Made by a program: the position numbers and the translations under genes. The notes under the pieces are model-generated. The model did not search any database, was not told where the DNA came from, and saw only the letters and a program-made list of their open reading frames with translations. 46,540 nucleotides of DNA from Octopus sinensis (Eukaryota). The stretch covers positions 1 to 46,540 of the forward strand of contig NW_021835035.1 of the NCBI RefSeq assembly GCF_006345805.1. The letters run 5' to 3'. Of this stretch, positions 23,834 through 36,395 are shown one piece after another (within the stretch, counting starts at the first letter, position 1; every line of letters starts with the position of its first letter).

Positions 23834-24061
23834 ATAAAAACCACTATTAAGCAACTCAAACAGTGATAGACATAAACCAAAACATAAAAAACAAATAATA
23901 TATATTTTTATAAAACATATAACTAGATCTCTTATTATATATTTATCATTCATTTTATACTTTTTGAGATCTAGTTATGTTTTATAAAAAATATATCATT
24001 TGTTATTTATATTTTGGTTTATGTCTATTACTGTTTGAGCTGCATAATAGTGGTTTTTTAT
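23834..24061. repeat. Fold-back with ~97-bp imperfect inverted arms (23834-23931 / 23966-24061)
   Basis: Reverse-complement match; related sequence also at about 9235-9345. Confidence 0.8.
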
Positions 24062-24151
24062 TTCTGAATTATATTTTATATATTCATATTGTTAAATTTG
24101 ATTTAATACTAAATTGAATTTTTTCCCTGTAAGTTTGGAGTTATAATCCAT

Positions 24152-24190
<39 letters not shown>

Positions 24191-24194
24191 TTAT

Positions 24195-26000
24195 TCTGTT
24201 TGACTTTTGCTTTATGTCTGTACAAGTTGGCTCCAAGTATCACCCAGAGACCTCAAGAGACAACAGGTTGGAAGTTCTGTGCCATATATTTTTTTTTTGG
24301 GGGGGGGGGTTCGGTGTTGTACTAGTGAATGTCTAATACATAAAAATAAAAAAATAATAAATAAATAAACTAAAAAAATAAAAATAAAAATAAAAATAAA
24401 AAAAAGTTTGTTTTAAACCTTGGGATTACATAGAGAGTATTTTGCGTAGCATATGAGCAGTTCCCATGAGCACTATCTTTTGAATTTCTGCCATTTTGGG
24501 GTTTCCTGGTATCTGAGTTAGGTAGCAATCAGCCCCTTTCGCTATCATTCCCAGGGCACCTATGACAACAGGTATTGTTTTAGTCTTCAGGTTCCACATT
24601 TTGCTGATTTCTATTTCAAGATCTTTATATTTGCTCAGTTTTTGGTAGGTCTTGACAGATACGTTTATATCGATTGGGACAGTCATATCAATGAGGAGGC
24701 ATGTTCTTTGTCTGAAGCCTTTCAATATGATGTCTGGCCTATTTGCATCTATCTTCCTGTCAGTTTGAATGGTGAAGTTCCAGAGGAGTGAGATGTTTTT
24801 TTTTCCAAGCACTGGAGGTGGATTGTGTTCCCACCAGTTTTTTTCATGGGGCAAATCCAGGATTTTGCAAATTACCCAGTGAATATATTGTGCAGCTCTA
24901 TCATGCCTATTGAGGTACTCTGTAGGCGCTAGAAGACTGCATTTGGAGACAACATGATCAATGGTTTCATTTTGTTGTCGGCATACACGACATGTTGGGC
25001 TACTGCCGTTCTTTAACATGTTGGCCTGGTAGTTTCTTGTTGGTAGGCATTGATCTTGAGCTGCTATGATAAACCCCTCTGTTTCAGATTTTAAGCCAGA
25101 GGCCATTAGCCATTGATGGGTCAGGGCTTTGTCGATATCTGCATCATTCGCTCTCTTTGGGTATGTGCAATAGAGAGGTTTTTCTTGCCATTTATTATTC
25201 AGAATATCTAAGGCCGCAGTTTTGGCACGGGTTTTCATGCGCCTAGCTTTTTCTGTGCTTGTTTCTTGTATGTCTATCTCTAATTCCGAAATTGGTTGTA
25301 TTCGGAATTCACTTAGATATTCCTTTGCCTGTTTTGTGACTGAGTATGATGCTTTCTTTTTTCATGTTTTGAGACAAGTTTTAACATCCAGTCCTCAGAG
25401 TTTTTCAGGTAGGTGTCTAGGCCAATTGTAGCAATCTTCATTGTTATTGCCAGTTGCAAAAGACCACGGCCTCTCTCTTTTCTTGGCAGATAGAGTCGTT
25501 CTGTATCTGCCTTAGGGTGGTGCATTCTATGCATTGTCAACAGTTTCCTTATTTTTCTGTCGAGCTGACATATTTCAGTAATTGACCAGTTAACAATATT
25601 GAAACTGTAAGTCACGACTGGTATGGCTAATGCATTGATCGCTTCGATCCTGTTTCTTGCATTCAGCTCTGTCTTGAGTATTGCTCTCACTCTTCGATAG
25701 CATTCTCTCCTGATCCTTTCCTTCATCTCTGAATGCCTTATTCCGTTCCCTTCAATTACCCTAGGTACTTGTAGCTCTCCGCTGGGTCTAGTTCTTTTAT
25801 GACATTCTGCTGGTCAAGGTTAACGTTAGATGTTTCTGTCATTTTTCTTTGATAAAGGAGCTTTTTCACATTATCGAGGCCGAATTGCATTCTGATGTCA
25901 TCACTGAATTGTTTGACTATCGCTAGTAAGCCCTTGAGTTGTTGGTCATTTTTTGCAAAAAGCTTTAAATCATCCATGTAAATGAGATGATTTATATTTT
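24195..26000 (-). mobile_element. R4/Dong-like retrotransposon 3' portion (RT end, CCHC, RLE, 3' UTR)
   Basis: HLIYMDDLK; CRVC...ETIDHVVSKC; RHD; NRPDI; LIDMTVP; KLSKYKDL; (ATT)n at the 3' end. Confidence 0.92.
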
Positions 26001-26207
26001 TATCAAACATTTTATAACCATACTGCGGTCATTGAGCAGTTTTGAGAGAGGTATTAAGGATAAACAAAAGAGGAGTGGTGACAGTGAGTCACCCTGGAAA
26101 TGCCACACGAATTTTTTACATCACCAGCATTTAGGGATTCATTGTCACTGTTCAGAGTGTGTGTGGTTATTCCATACTCATACTTACAGTCAAGAAGTTA
26201 TTTTATT

Positions 26208-26263
<56 letters not shown>

Positions 26264-26284
26264 CACCACCATTATTATATTACT

Positions 26285-27985
26285 TTTTTTTTTTCTTCTT
26301 TCAAATTTGCTTTCATTTCTTGCCGAGTGTCTTCCAGACTCCTAGGGCAAAGAAACTCATAGTATACATTGGTAGGCCATTAAACCAACTCAATAGTGCG
26401 TTCAGTTCATTTTTTAAATTTTTTTTAAGTTAAATTAAAATACATGAGCAGCAACAGTTCTCACATCGACAATGCTCTCTCAATACGTGTGATGTACCAG
26501 TTAAGACAATCTTTTGCACTTCTTGCAGGGATGGTAAGCCAGGGATCATTCTCATATAATTTCGGTTCCCTTCTTGATCATTCCTAGTGCTCCTACGATC
26601 ACTGGTATTGTAACCGCCTTGAGATGCCACATTTTCTCAATTTCAATGAGTAGGTCTTTATATTTTCTGAGCTTGTCAAACTCTTTCGCTGAGATATTAT
26701 GATCACAGGGGATGCTCATGTCGATCAATAAGCAAACTTATTGTTTGGTCTTCACAACAATATCTGATTTATTGGCCTTGATGGTTCGGTCTGTATGTAC
26801 TGGAAAGTCCCACAGAATGGTTACATTTTCTCCTTCAGTTACAGCTTCAGGGTGGTGATTATACCACTTGTCGGCAGTTTTGATATTGTAATGCCGACTA
26901 ATTAGCCAGTGGAGATATTGGCCAACTCTCATGTCTTAATTTATACTCCACTGGTGCTAAGACTTTACATCCAGAGATTAGGTGGTCCACTGTTTCAATC
27001 ATGTCGTTGCAGAATCGGCATTTTGGGTCTGCTCCATTTTTCATCACATTGGCCTGGTAGTTCCGGGTTAATAGGCTTTGATCTTGAGCGCAGCCAGGAT
27101 GAAACCTTCGCTCTCTGCTTTTAGCCCTGAGCTCCGTAGCCAATGATGGGTTTGCTTCTGGTCAACATCAGCTTGTTTGCTGCGGGTCACATATTTGCCG
27201 TGCAGAGGTTTCTCCTCCCACCTATCAGCCAATTGCTCGTGCGCTTTTTTTGTTGCCATCATTTTCACATTCTTTGCAACAATAGTTGCCGTACTTCCCT
27301 CGGGTTGTTCAGTTTGGGTATCCTGCACGAGATCAATAGCAAATTTTTTGCTTTCCTTTATAATAGAATGAAGCTCTTTCGTCTCTCGTGATTTTCCACG
27401 AGCTTTAGCATCCAGTCATTCGATATTTCGAGATATTTGGCCAGTCCAATTGTGGTTGTTTTGTAAGCTAGTTCAAATTGGATCAGGCCTCGACCTCCTT
27501 GGGCTCTGGGAGGTAAAGGCGATCTACGTCTGCCTTTGGTGGTGCATCCTATTACAACTCAGCAGCTTGCGTATTTTCCTATCTATATTCTTTACTTCAC
27601 TCATATTCCAGTTCAACACATTGTAGCTATAAGTAACAACTGGAACTGCTAAGGAATTTATAGCTAACACCTTGTTACGCATTTAGTTTAGATTTCAGGA
27701 CTGCACGAACTCTCCTATAACATTCCTTCCTGATCTTCTCTTTCATGCTTGCATGCTGAATACCAGAGCCTTCATTTATCCCTAAATATTTGTATGTTTG
27801 TTCTTGCTCAAGCTCTCTTATGACTGTGTCAACATCTAACACGACTGAATTTGTGGTCTTCACTTTCCCTTTCTGGAAAGTGGCCTTGGCACACTTCTCA
27901 AGTCCAAACTCCATCCCGATGTCATCGCTGAATGCTTTCACAGTGCGCAATAGGCCTTCAAGTTCATTATTGTCTTTACCATAGA
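26285..27985 (-). mobile_element. R4/Dong-like retrotransposon, second subfamily
   Basis: FSDDIGMEFGLEKC; CRFCNDMIETVDHLISGC; WDFPVHTDRTIKANK; flanked by (ATT)n on both sides. Confidence 0.9.
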
Positions 27986-28135
27986 TTATTATTATTATTA
28001 TTATTATTGTTATTATTATTATTATTATTATTCCATGTTTGACTTTTGCTTTACCTTTGCAAAAGATGGCTATTATAATAATAATAATAATAATAATTAT
28101 ATATATATATATATATATATTTATTATATAGAAGG

Positions 28136-28186
28136 AGCTTCTACAGGACTAGAACTGTTTCATTCAAGAGAAATCTTCAGGAAGCT
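28136..28186 (-). ncRNA. Type I HHR motif, mirror copy
   Basis: Exact reverse complement of 29053-29103. Confidence 0.7.
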
Positions 28187-29052
28187 AGTTAACAAGAATT
28201 GTATTGGCATTTATACATTTAGGCAGGTTTAAAGGGGTGTTGGTGGGGGACTTTTTTGGGGCTAGGCATAGCGCAAAATATCATACTTGGGGGAGTGGTC
28301 AAGGAGTCAGTGTTAAATTAGATAGAAGAATAAATAAAAAAAATAAAAAAAAATCTATATATGTATGTGTATTTGTATTTGTATGTGTATATATATGTGT
28401 GTATGTGTAGGTATGCATAGGTACACATATGTATATATATACATGTATGTATATGTATGTATGTGTGTGTATATGTGTGTGTATGTGTATATATGTGTAT
28501 ATAGGGACTAGTGTGCTGTGTGTGCATGTGTGTGTGTGGATATGTGTGTGTATGCGTGTATGTGAGTATGTGTGTGTATGTGTATATATATATTTTCTGT
28601 CGTATATGTATGTGTGGTCGGTGTGTATATATATACTGTGTGTATACGTGTATGCATGTGAGTGTGTGTATGTATACATATATGTGTATGTGTAGATATG
28701 TATATGTATGTGTATGTGTAAGTGTATATATATGTATATATATGTGTGTGTATGTATGTGTGTTGTATATGTATATATGTTTGTATGTGTGTGTATGTAT
28801 GTATACATGTGTGCATAGGTATAGTGAGAATCTCCTTATTTACCTAAAACTCTATTCCCTTTTTTTATATATAGATTTATTTATTTATTTTTTTATTTTT
28901 TTATTTTTTTTTTATCTTCTATCTAATTTACACGACTCCTTGACCACTCCCCCAAGTATGATATTTTGCGCTATGCCTACCCCCAAAAAGTCTCCCACCA
29001 ACACCCTTTAAACCTGCCTAATGTATAAATGCCAATACAATTCTTGTTAACT

Positions 29053-29103
29053 AGCTTCCTGAAGATTTCTCTTGAATGAAACAGTTCTAGTCCTGTAGAA
29101 GCT
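29053..29103 (+). ncRNA. Type I HHR motif
   Basis: AGCUUC-CUGAAGA-UUUC-UCUU-GAAU-GAA-ACAG-UUCUAGUC-CUGU-A-GAAGCU; 6-bp stem I, 4-bp stem III, U.U at 10.1/11.1. Confidence 0.7.
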
Positions 29104-29186
29104 CCTTCTATATAATAAATTAATTTTACTCTGCTATGTATTGAGTACCTTATTTACTGTGGTTAACCCCGAATCAACCCGGGACC

Positions 29187-29231
<45 letters not shown>

Positions 29232-29599
29232 TTGCGTTTGTATCTGTGAATATTCGTACATACTTATGACATTTAATAGGTTTTATTTACATGACTTTTC
29301 TCCATATATTTCCTATAACACATAATTCATCGACAATCTACCTCGTTTCTGTATAGAGCTTTCAAGTTAATACAGAATACTTGAAACTCCATACTTAACA
29401 AGATACATGACCAGGTATATTTAATAGATCTCATAAAAGTACAAAGCCCTCTTCTCCTCATCTAAATAAATAAGCGGGTGCTATAAAGTATTCTCAAGAA
29501 TATTAATCAATTTAATACACATGTGTAACTTAAGTCACAAAAACAAATGATTTTACCACACAAATAATAGTAACTTCAACAATATAAATATTCTTTTCT

Positions 29600-29800
29600 T
29601 TTCTATTCTAGACACAAGGTCCGAAATATTTGGGGAGGGGAGCAGTCGATTAGATCGACCCCAGTACGCAACTGGTACTTATTTTATCGACCCCGGAAGG
29701 ATGAAAGGCAAGGTCGACCTCGGCGGAATTTCAACTCAGAATATAAAGACAGACGAATGGCTTTTAAGCATTTCGCCCGGCGTGCTAACGTTTCTGCCAG
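29600..29800 (-). mobile_element. SINE family C (Nin/Deu-domain-like)
   Basis: Minus strand GCCTTTCATCCTTCCGGGGTCGATAAAATAAGTACC core. Confidence 0.8.
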
Positions 29801-29817
29801 TTTTATAAATATTAAAT

Positions 29818-30228
29818 ACTAGCAGTATAGCCCGGCGTTGCTCGGGTTTGTTTCGACCCTTTAGACCTGGAATTTTTGCGAAGTAAATATTCCACATTAC
29901 GTAGCTTGTTATTTTCTTTAAGTGACAATTTTTCTGGTTGAAATACACCGAAAAATGATGACACAGCAGTAAAAAAATCGTAAAAGATAGGGATTTTCAT
30001 AGAAAAAAAGCACCTTTTTTATGTAAATAATCTTTGGTCTTAACATGGTTCGATTTGAATTTTTTCTTCTACGGAATGAAGAGCAAGCCATCTATCATAC
30101 TTTCAATTTTGGTCAACTTGCGCCACAGGGTTTCCGAGGGGATAGTGTTAGTTGAAGGCTACCAAACCTGCCACACATACACACACACACACACACAGAC
30201 AACTTCAGCTTTATATATATAGATAGAT
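29818..30228 (+). mobile_element. Non-autonomous Helitron/Helentron-like element (HINE/Lep1-type)
   Basis: Starts ACTAGCAGTATAGCCCGGCGTTGCTCGGG (subterminal hairpin); ends (CA)nGACAACTTCAGCTTTATATATATAGAT. Confidence 0.55.
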
Positions 30229-30715
30229 TTATATATAATAGTTGATGGTTTTTTAATTTTATCTTGAGGGAATAAGGATAGCTGAAAGGGAGATATTTGG
30301 TTGAAATACATAAACATATCCGGGTGTATGTTTATAAATTCTGTAAACATGTATATAATGCAATACAAGAATGTGATGAAATTTGCTTTAATGATAGCTT
30401 CTGATCTCTTTAAAACATAATGCCAACGGCTATGAGTGTTGGCTTTACCTTGGGTTTAGATGAATCTTATAATAATACATTTCTGTATTTAATTTATTGG
30501 GATTTTCTTTAACGCGAGTGAATGTTGCTTTTCATAAGATTATAATTTTACAAGCAATTAATATCGTCTTTAGGGAATAAAATGATTTCAATATTTGCAG
30601 TCAGCTTTCCTGCCGTCAGTTCTCATAAGCCTAACTATAAAATAGAATTCATATACACTACGCTTCCATCTGTATATATATACATTGAAATATATACATA
30701 TACACACACACAGAG

Positions 30716-30759
<44 letters not shown>

Positions 30760-30859
30760 GCACACACACACACACACACACACAACCACACACAGATTCA
30801 CATATATATAGACTTCACAAATGTCAATCGTACGTGCATTGTTGGCAATTTTTAAAGTT

Positions 30860-31020
30860 CTTCCTTCTTTCTCTTTGAACCTTCCTCTTGCCGACGATGA
30901 ACTATGCTCGAAACGTTAACAACTCTTTCCTTTCACCGAGGGTGAATTTATTATATGGCTTGTGCAAGTCCCCACGTTTGCTTTTCCCATTTTCACTCTG
31001 TTTTTAATTGTTTCTTCTCT
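30860..31020 (+). mobile_element. PLE-like terminal fragment with degenerate HHR (30891-30920)
   Basis: CCGACGA-TGAAC-TAT-GCTC-GAA-ACGT-T. Confidence 0.4.
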
Positions 31021-31027
31021 GAATTGA

Positions 31028-31094
<67 letters not shown>

Positions 31095-31096
31095 GC

Positions 31097-31151
<55 letters not shown>

Positions 31152-31299
31152 GAAAATAAGCAACAAGGACGGATATCCTTGTTGCTTAATTTTGATTTTA
31201 ATCCCCTTATTTTAAATTGCATGGATAATACCATACTAAATTCTGTTGCCTCAACGTAAGTACCATATTCATCTGAATCTATCTATATATATGTATATA

Positions 31300-31545
31300 T
31301 AAAATTAATCCAAACATGAAAACACAAAGAGAAAACACAACAATGCGAGGACGTGGAACAAGTATAGTGTTATTGGGCGCTCAGGAAAGAAGGAAAGAAG
31401 GAGGGTTTAACGTTTCGAGCGGAGCTCTTCGTGAGAAACATAGGAAAAGGAAAGATCCAAGGAAGGGAAGACGGAGGAAAAAAATCGCCAACGGTACACA
31501 CGCGGTCCAGAGTAAGCACACGAATGCGAAACAAGGGGGGAAATA
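31300..31545 (-). mobile_element. PLE-like terminal repeat with HHR-like motif (31405-31439); second copy at 36830-37020 (+)
   Basis: GUUU-CUCACGA-A-GAGC-UCC-GCUC-GAA-ACGU-U-AAAC; G5->C in both copies. Confidence 0.5.
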
Positions 31546-31554
31546 GTACTCGAA

Positions 31555-32845
31555 TACCAGATGTAGAGTAATATGCTTTATTGTAAAGCAGCAACAAAAT
31601 CACAGAAATTGTTACTCGGAGTTTCACGTTCCCGTTCCTTGGTCAGTTTTGTTTAAAATGGAACAAGATAAAGTTATATGCAGAAGTGCAATTACTTTGA
31701 TAGATACACATTGGAAAATGGTTGTGTTTCATTGGTCCTTTCCTCTAACGGCCTTTTCAATAAGCAGTTGCATCATTTTACAATTGCGGTTTAAATTCAT
31801 ATTATCATAAGAATTGAAGAAAGCCTTAAATAAAAAAAATTACTTATGAAGAAGGGAAAGAGCCTGAATACCCAGGGTAAATAATTAGTTGTAAAAATAA
31901 TAATTTAATAAATTAAAAGATATATCCGCTTAAAAAACTTTCATGCATTTAGCAATACCTACACATACCAAACAACCTATAATATACGTATATACACAAA
32001 ACATGCAGCCGCTGGTACATGGTTTCATACACATACAGACATATATAGCAACACACACAGATACACAGACGCGCATAAATCCTCCTGGTGTATGCTAATA
32101 CAATTTAGTTGTTACATGCGAAAGAAAGAAAAGAAAAAATGAGAGAATAAAAAGTGGTGAGAGAAAGAAAAAGGAAAAAGAAGAAAAATAAACAGAAAAT
32201 TGGAGAGAGAGAGATAGAATAAGGGACTAACATTTTGTTCCTTTTTCTTTTCCCCTTTTTTTCTCTCATCACTTTTTATTCTCTGATTTTGCTTCCTTTT
32301 CTTTCTTTCGCCTGTAACAAATAAATTCTATATGCATACAACAGAAGCTTTTATGCGCGTCTGTGTGTGTGTATCTGTGTGCGTGCATACATGTATATGC
32401 ATTTGTATATATATATTTATGTTTTGCCTATATACGTCTGCATATGTATGTAGCCATGTACCAACGCCTGTATGTTTTGTGTATATACGTATATTATATG
32501 TGTATGTATTGCTAAATGTAAATGTATTTTAGCGTGGAAGTGTTTTAAAAAGATATATTTTCTAATTTATTATTAATTTCACTACTATTATTAATTTTAC
32601 CCCGGGTATTCAGGCTTTTTTCCTTCTATATAAGCTATTTTTGATCCAAGGTTTTCTTCGATATTTAATATATTATGATTTTAAACTGCAATTGTAAGTT
32701 CATGCAACCCGTTATTAAAAAGACCGTAGGATGAAAGGACGAATGAAACATAATCATTTTCAGATGTGTATCTAACAAAGTAATTATATTTCTGCATATA
32801 ATTCACTCTTGCTCCATCTTAAACAAGACAGTCCGAAGAACGGGA

Positions 32846-32846
<1 letters not shown>
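31555..32846. repeat. Older diverged inverted pair (about 31625-31915 / 32565-32846), same family as 23233-23489
   Basis: Reverse-complement similarity; HHR remnants at about 31605-31640 (-) and 32829-32846 (+). Confidence 0.7.
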
Positions 32847-32876
<30 letters not shown>

Positions 32877-33090
32877 TTTGTGAAATAGAAAGATGAATAA
32901 TCTTGTTGCAGATTAATCAAAGTTTAACCGATACCTTGGTAGCAAAAATCACAGCAGAAGACAGCACGGTTGGAGGTACAACCATATGGTGTTGCAACCG
33001 TGCGTTGGTGCGGATAATTGAATTTTAATATTATTAGTGAATTGAAGAAATGGAGTTGAACGAAGATTGAACAGAAATCGTTTTATTGCA

Positions 33091-33170
33091 TTCTACACGT
33101 GTTTCGAAAGGCACAATTTACCAAATTCCGATTGAATAATGAGACCATATTGTGTCTTTCTCTTCAGGAA
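33091..33170 (-). ncRNA. Type I HHR motif, mirror copy in the palindrome
   Basis: Reverse complement of 33349-33428 with one loop difference. Confidence 0.7.
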
Positions 33171-33348
33171 GAAATAGGAAATCCGTTGGAAAAAACAAAA
33201 ACAGAACAGAGGCGAAGCAAAATAAATCGAACGAGGCTCCTAAGAGCCCATGGCCAAACTCTTTGGCCATGGGCTCTTAGGAGCCTCGTTCGATTTGTTT
33301 TGCTCCGCCTCTGTTCTGTTTTTGTTTTTTCCAACGGATTTCCTATTC

Positions 33349-33428
33349 TTCCTGAAGAGAAAGACACAATATGGTCTCATTATTCAATCAGAATTTGGTA
33401 AATTGTGCCTTTCGAAACACGTGTAGAA
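33349..33428 (+). ncRNA. Type I HHR motif
   Basis: UUC-CUGAAGA-GAAAGACACAAU...AUUGUGCCUUUC-GAA-ACACGUGU-A-GAA; 11/12-bp stem II, palindromic stem III, GUA at 33423-33425. Confidence 0.7.
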
Positions 33429-33485
33429 TGCAATAAAACGATTTCTGTTCAAACTTCGTTCAACTCCATTTCTTCAATTCACTAA

Positions 33486-33560
<75 letters not shown>

Positions 33561-33729
33561 GTGTGTACGTATGTATATATATATGGAGAGCGAGAGAAAG
33601 AGAAAGAGAGCGAGAGAGCAAGAGTGAGAGAGAGAGTGAGCGAGAGCGTGAGAGAGAGAGACAGAGAGAGAGAGAAAGAGATAGGTATACATATATAAAT
33701 ATTTATGTATATATATATTTATCTCTCTT

Positions 33730-34882
33730 ATAAAAGAAAAATTTTTCACTCTAGACATTATACTTTTCTACTCTAAGCACAAGGCCCGAAATTTTGGCGG
33801 ATGTTGGGGGTCAGTCGTTTTGATCGTCCCCAGTTCGCAATAGGTACTTAATTTATCGACCCCGAAAGGATGAAAGACAAAGTCGACTTCGGCAGAATTT
33901 GAACACAGAACGTAACGGCAGACGAAAGACCGCTAAGAATTTTGCCCGGCGTGCTAACGTTTCTTATTTCTTTATTGCCTACAAGGGGATAAACATAGAG
34001 GGGACAAACAACGACAGACAAAGAGATTAAGTCGATGACGTTGACCCCAGTGAGTAACTGGTACTTAATTTATCTTCTATCTCTGTTATAAAAGAAGATG
34101 TTTTCACTCTAGACATTATTCTTTTCTACTCTAAGCACAAGGCCCCAAATTTTGGCGGAAGTGGGGTCCAGTCGTTTTGATCGAAAGAATGAAAAACAAA
34201 GTCGACTTCGGCGGAATTTGAACTCAGAACGTAGTGACAGACGAAATACCTATTTCTTTACTACCCTCAAGGGGCTAAACACAGAGAGGACAAACAAGGA
34301 CAGACAAACGGATTAAGTCGATAATATCGACCCCAGTGCGTAACTGGTACTTATTTAATCGACCCCGAAGGGATGAAAGGCAAAGTCTATCTCGGCGGAA
34401 TTTGAACTCAGATAGACGAAAAACCACTAAGCATTTTGCCGGGCGTGCTAACATTTCTTATTTCTTTATTGCCCAGAAGGCGCTACACATAGCGAGGACA
34501 AACAAGACAGACAAAGGGATTAAGTTAATTACATCGACCCCAGTGCGTAACTTGTATTTAATTTATCAACCCCGAAAGGATGAAAAGTCGACCTCGGCGG
34601 AATTTGAACTCAGAACGTAGCGGCAGACGAAATACCTATTTCTTTACTACCCACAAGGGGCTAAACATAGAGTGGACAAACGGTCTAAGACGATTACATC
34701 GACAAACGGATTAAGTCGATTACATCGACCCCAGTGCATAACAGGTACTTATTTAATCGATCCCGGAAAGATGAATGGCAAAGTTGACCTCGGCGGAATT
34801 TGAACCCAGAATGTAACCGCAAAGGAAATACGGCTATGCATTTCGCCCGGCGTGCTAACGATTCTGCCAGCTCGCCGCCTTC
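33730..34882 (-). mobile_element. Tandem/nested cluster of SINE family C copies
   Basis: At least 4 repeats of GAAAGGATGAAA..GTCGAC..CGGCGGAATTTGAAC; duplicated flank at 33730 and 34088. Confidence 0.8.
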
Positions 34883-35379
34883 CAATTCTAGACATTACTG
34901 AAAAGTCGCATGCCGTTCAGAATATTCTCCAAGGACTTGGATAATTTTTTTTATATTTCATTAGGAATTCTTTCTCCAAATAGTATAAAAGTATTGAACA
35001 ACCTATTTAAATTTATAGAATATATTCTCTCTTTTCCATTAGCACCTCATTAGGATATTTTCCCTAAGGTGTCAACCGTATTGCTAAAATTTAAAAACAA
35101 ATAAGTACAGCAGCTATATCATAATTTCAGAATTATGAATTTCAACAATTAAACACCTAATTGCTCTTATTCAAATCAGAAATGAGCTCTTATTGGAATA
35201 AAAAATGAACTTGTCCACCTCTAAGTAAAAGTATTTCTGAAAGCAACTTTCAGAAATATCGTAATTATCATTTCCTCGGCGCAGACCATTTTTTTTAATG
35301 ATGTCACAGTTTTGTTTTTATTTAAAAAAAAAAAAAATTGTCAATCATAAATATATATGTAGCGTGTTTGAGATACTTT

Positions 35380-35775
35380 GGATCTTTTCGGTTTGAACGG
35401 CAGTTTTTTCTAGCGGTGTCATATGAAATTGTCACCCATCATTATGACCCTAGTATCGATCTAATGCATTTCAATCTGTTTTAGGGTTAGGGGTGGGGGA
35501 AGGGTATCTTTTTTTCTTCACAAATGTAAATAAACCCAATCTGTTTTTTAAACGAGGGGCATATTCATACGGCACAGAATGCTTTTTACCTCAATGGACG
35601 TCATTGATTGGTTGAAATTGCAGAAATTGAAGAAAAAAACAACAAATATCTTACAAACTATAGCATTTTCTCAATAAAGCCAGGGAGAAAAAGATGTTTT
35701 ATAAACACATTCTACCAGTATACGAAGTTTAAAATTTTTTAGTTACCTAGAAATTATGTTAAACCGAAAAGATCC
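35380..35775. mobile_element. MITE with ~18-bp TIRs and 8-bp TSD
   Basis: GGATCTTTTCGGTTTGAAC ... GTTAAACCGAAAAGATCC; GATACTTT at 35372-35379 and 35776-35783. Confidence 0.9.
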
Positions 35776-36039
35776 GATACTTTGCCTTCTTGGAGTTATT
35801 TAGCCTATGGTCAACTCTGGTTGAACATTCCAGCTGCCACCTTCCTATTTTGTGGGTGTGTAAAATAGCGTTACCGAATTATTCCTTCCCTCCTTTTGAG
35901 TTTGTCGGTGATATTTGATTGCCATTTCTACCAAAGTGGGTTTATTTCATTCGCGTCTTCTGTACCTGTCACATATGTTCAGTATTTGTATATCGCATTT
36001 TATTTGATGAAGATTAAAAAAAAACGTATACAAACGTAT

Positions 36040-36395
36040 ACAACTACATGGTTCCGGGTTCAGTCCCACTGCGTGGCATCTTGGGCAAGTGTCTTCTGCT
36101 ATAGCCCCGGGCTGACCAATGCCTTGTGAGTGGATTTGGTAGACAGAAACTGAAAGAAGCCTGTCGCATATATGTATATATATTTGTGTTTGTGTGTCTG
36201 TGTTTGTCCCCCTAGCATTGCTTGACAACCGATGCTGGTGTGTTTACGTACCCGTCACTTAGCGGTTCGGCAAAAAGAGACCGATAGAATAAGTACTGGG
36301 CTTACAAAAGAATAAGTCCCGGGGTTGATTTGCTCGACTAAAGGCGGTGCTCCAGCATGGCCGCAGTCAAATGACTGAAACAAGTACAAAAAAAC
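36040..36395 (+). mobile_element. SINE family B
   Basis: Homologous to 4457-4862. Confidence 0.85.

Larger units (their letters stand above)
28119..29120. repeat. Inverted repeat pair (~245 bp; 28119-28362 / 28867-29120) around a microsatellite block
   Basis: Near-identical reverse complements. Confidence 0.9.
33026..33493. repeat. Near-perfect 468-bp palindrome (arms ~232 bp, 3-nt loop CTC at 33259-33261)
   Basis: Arms pair from TAATATTATTAGTG to GGCCAAA/TTTGGCC with few mismatches. Confidence 0.95.

Noticed and set aside
33099-33401. Two similar ORFs on opposite strands
   Set aside because: Consequence of the palindrome; no protein motifs
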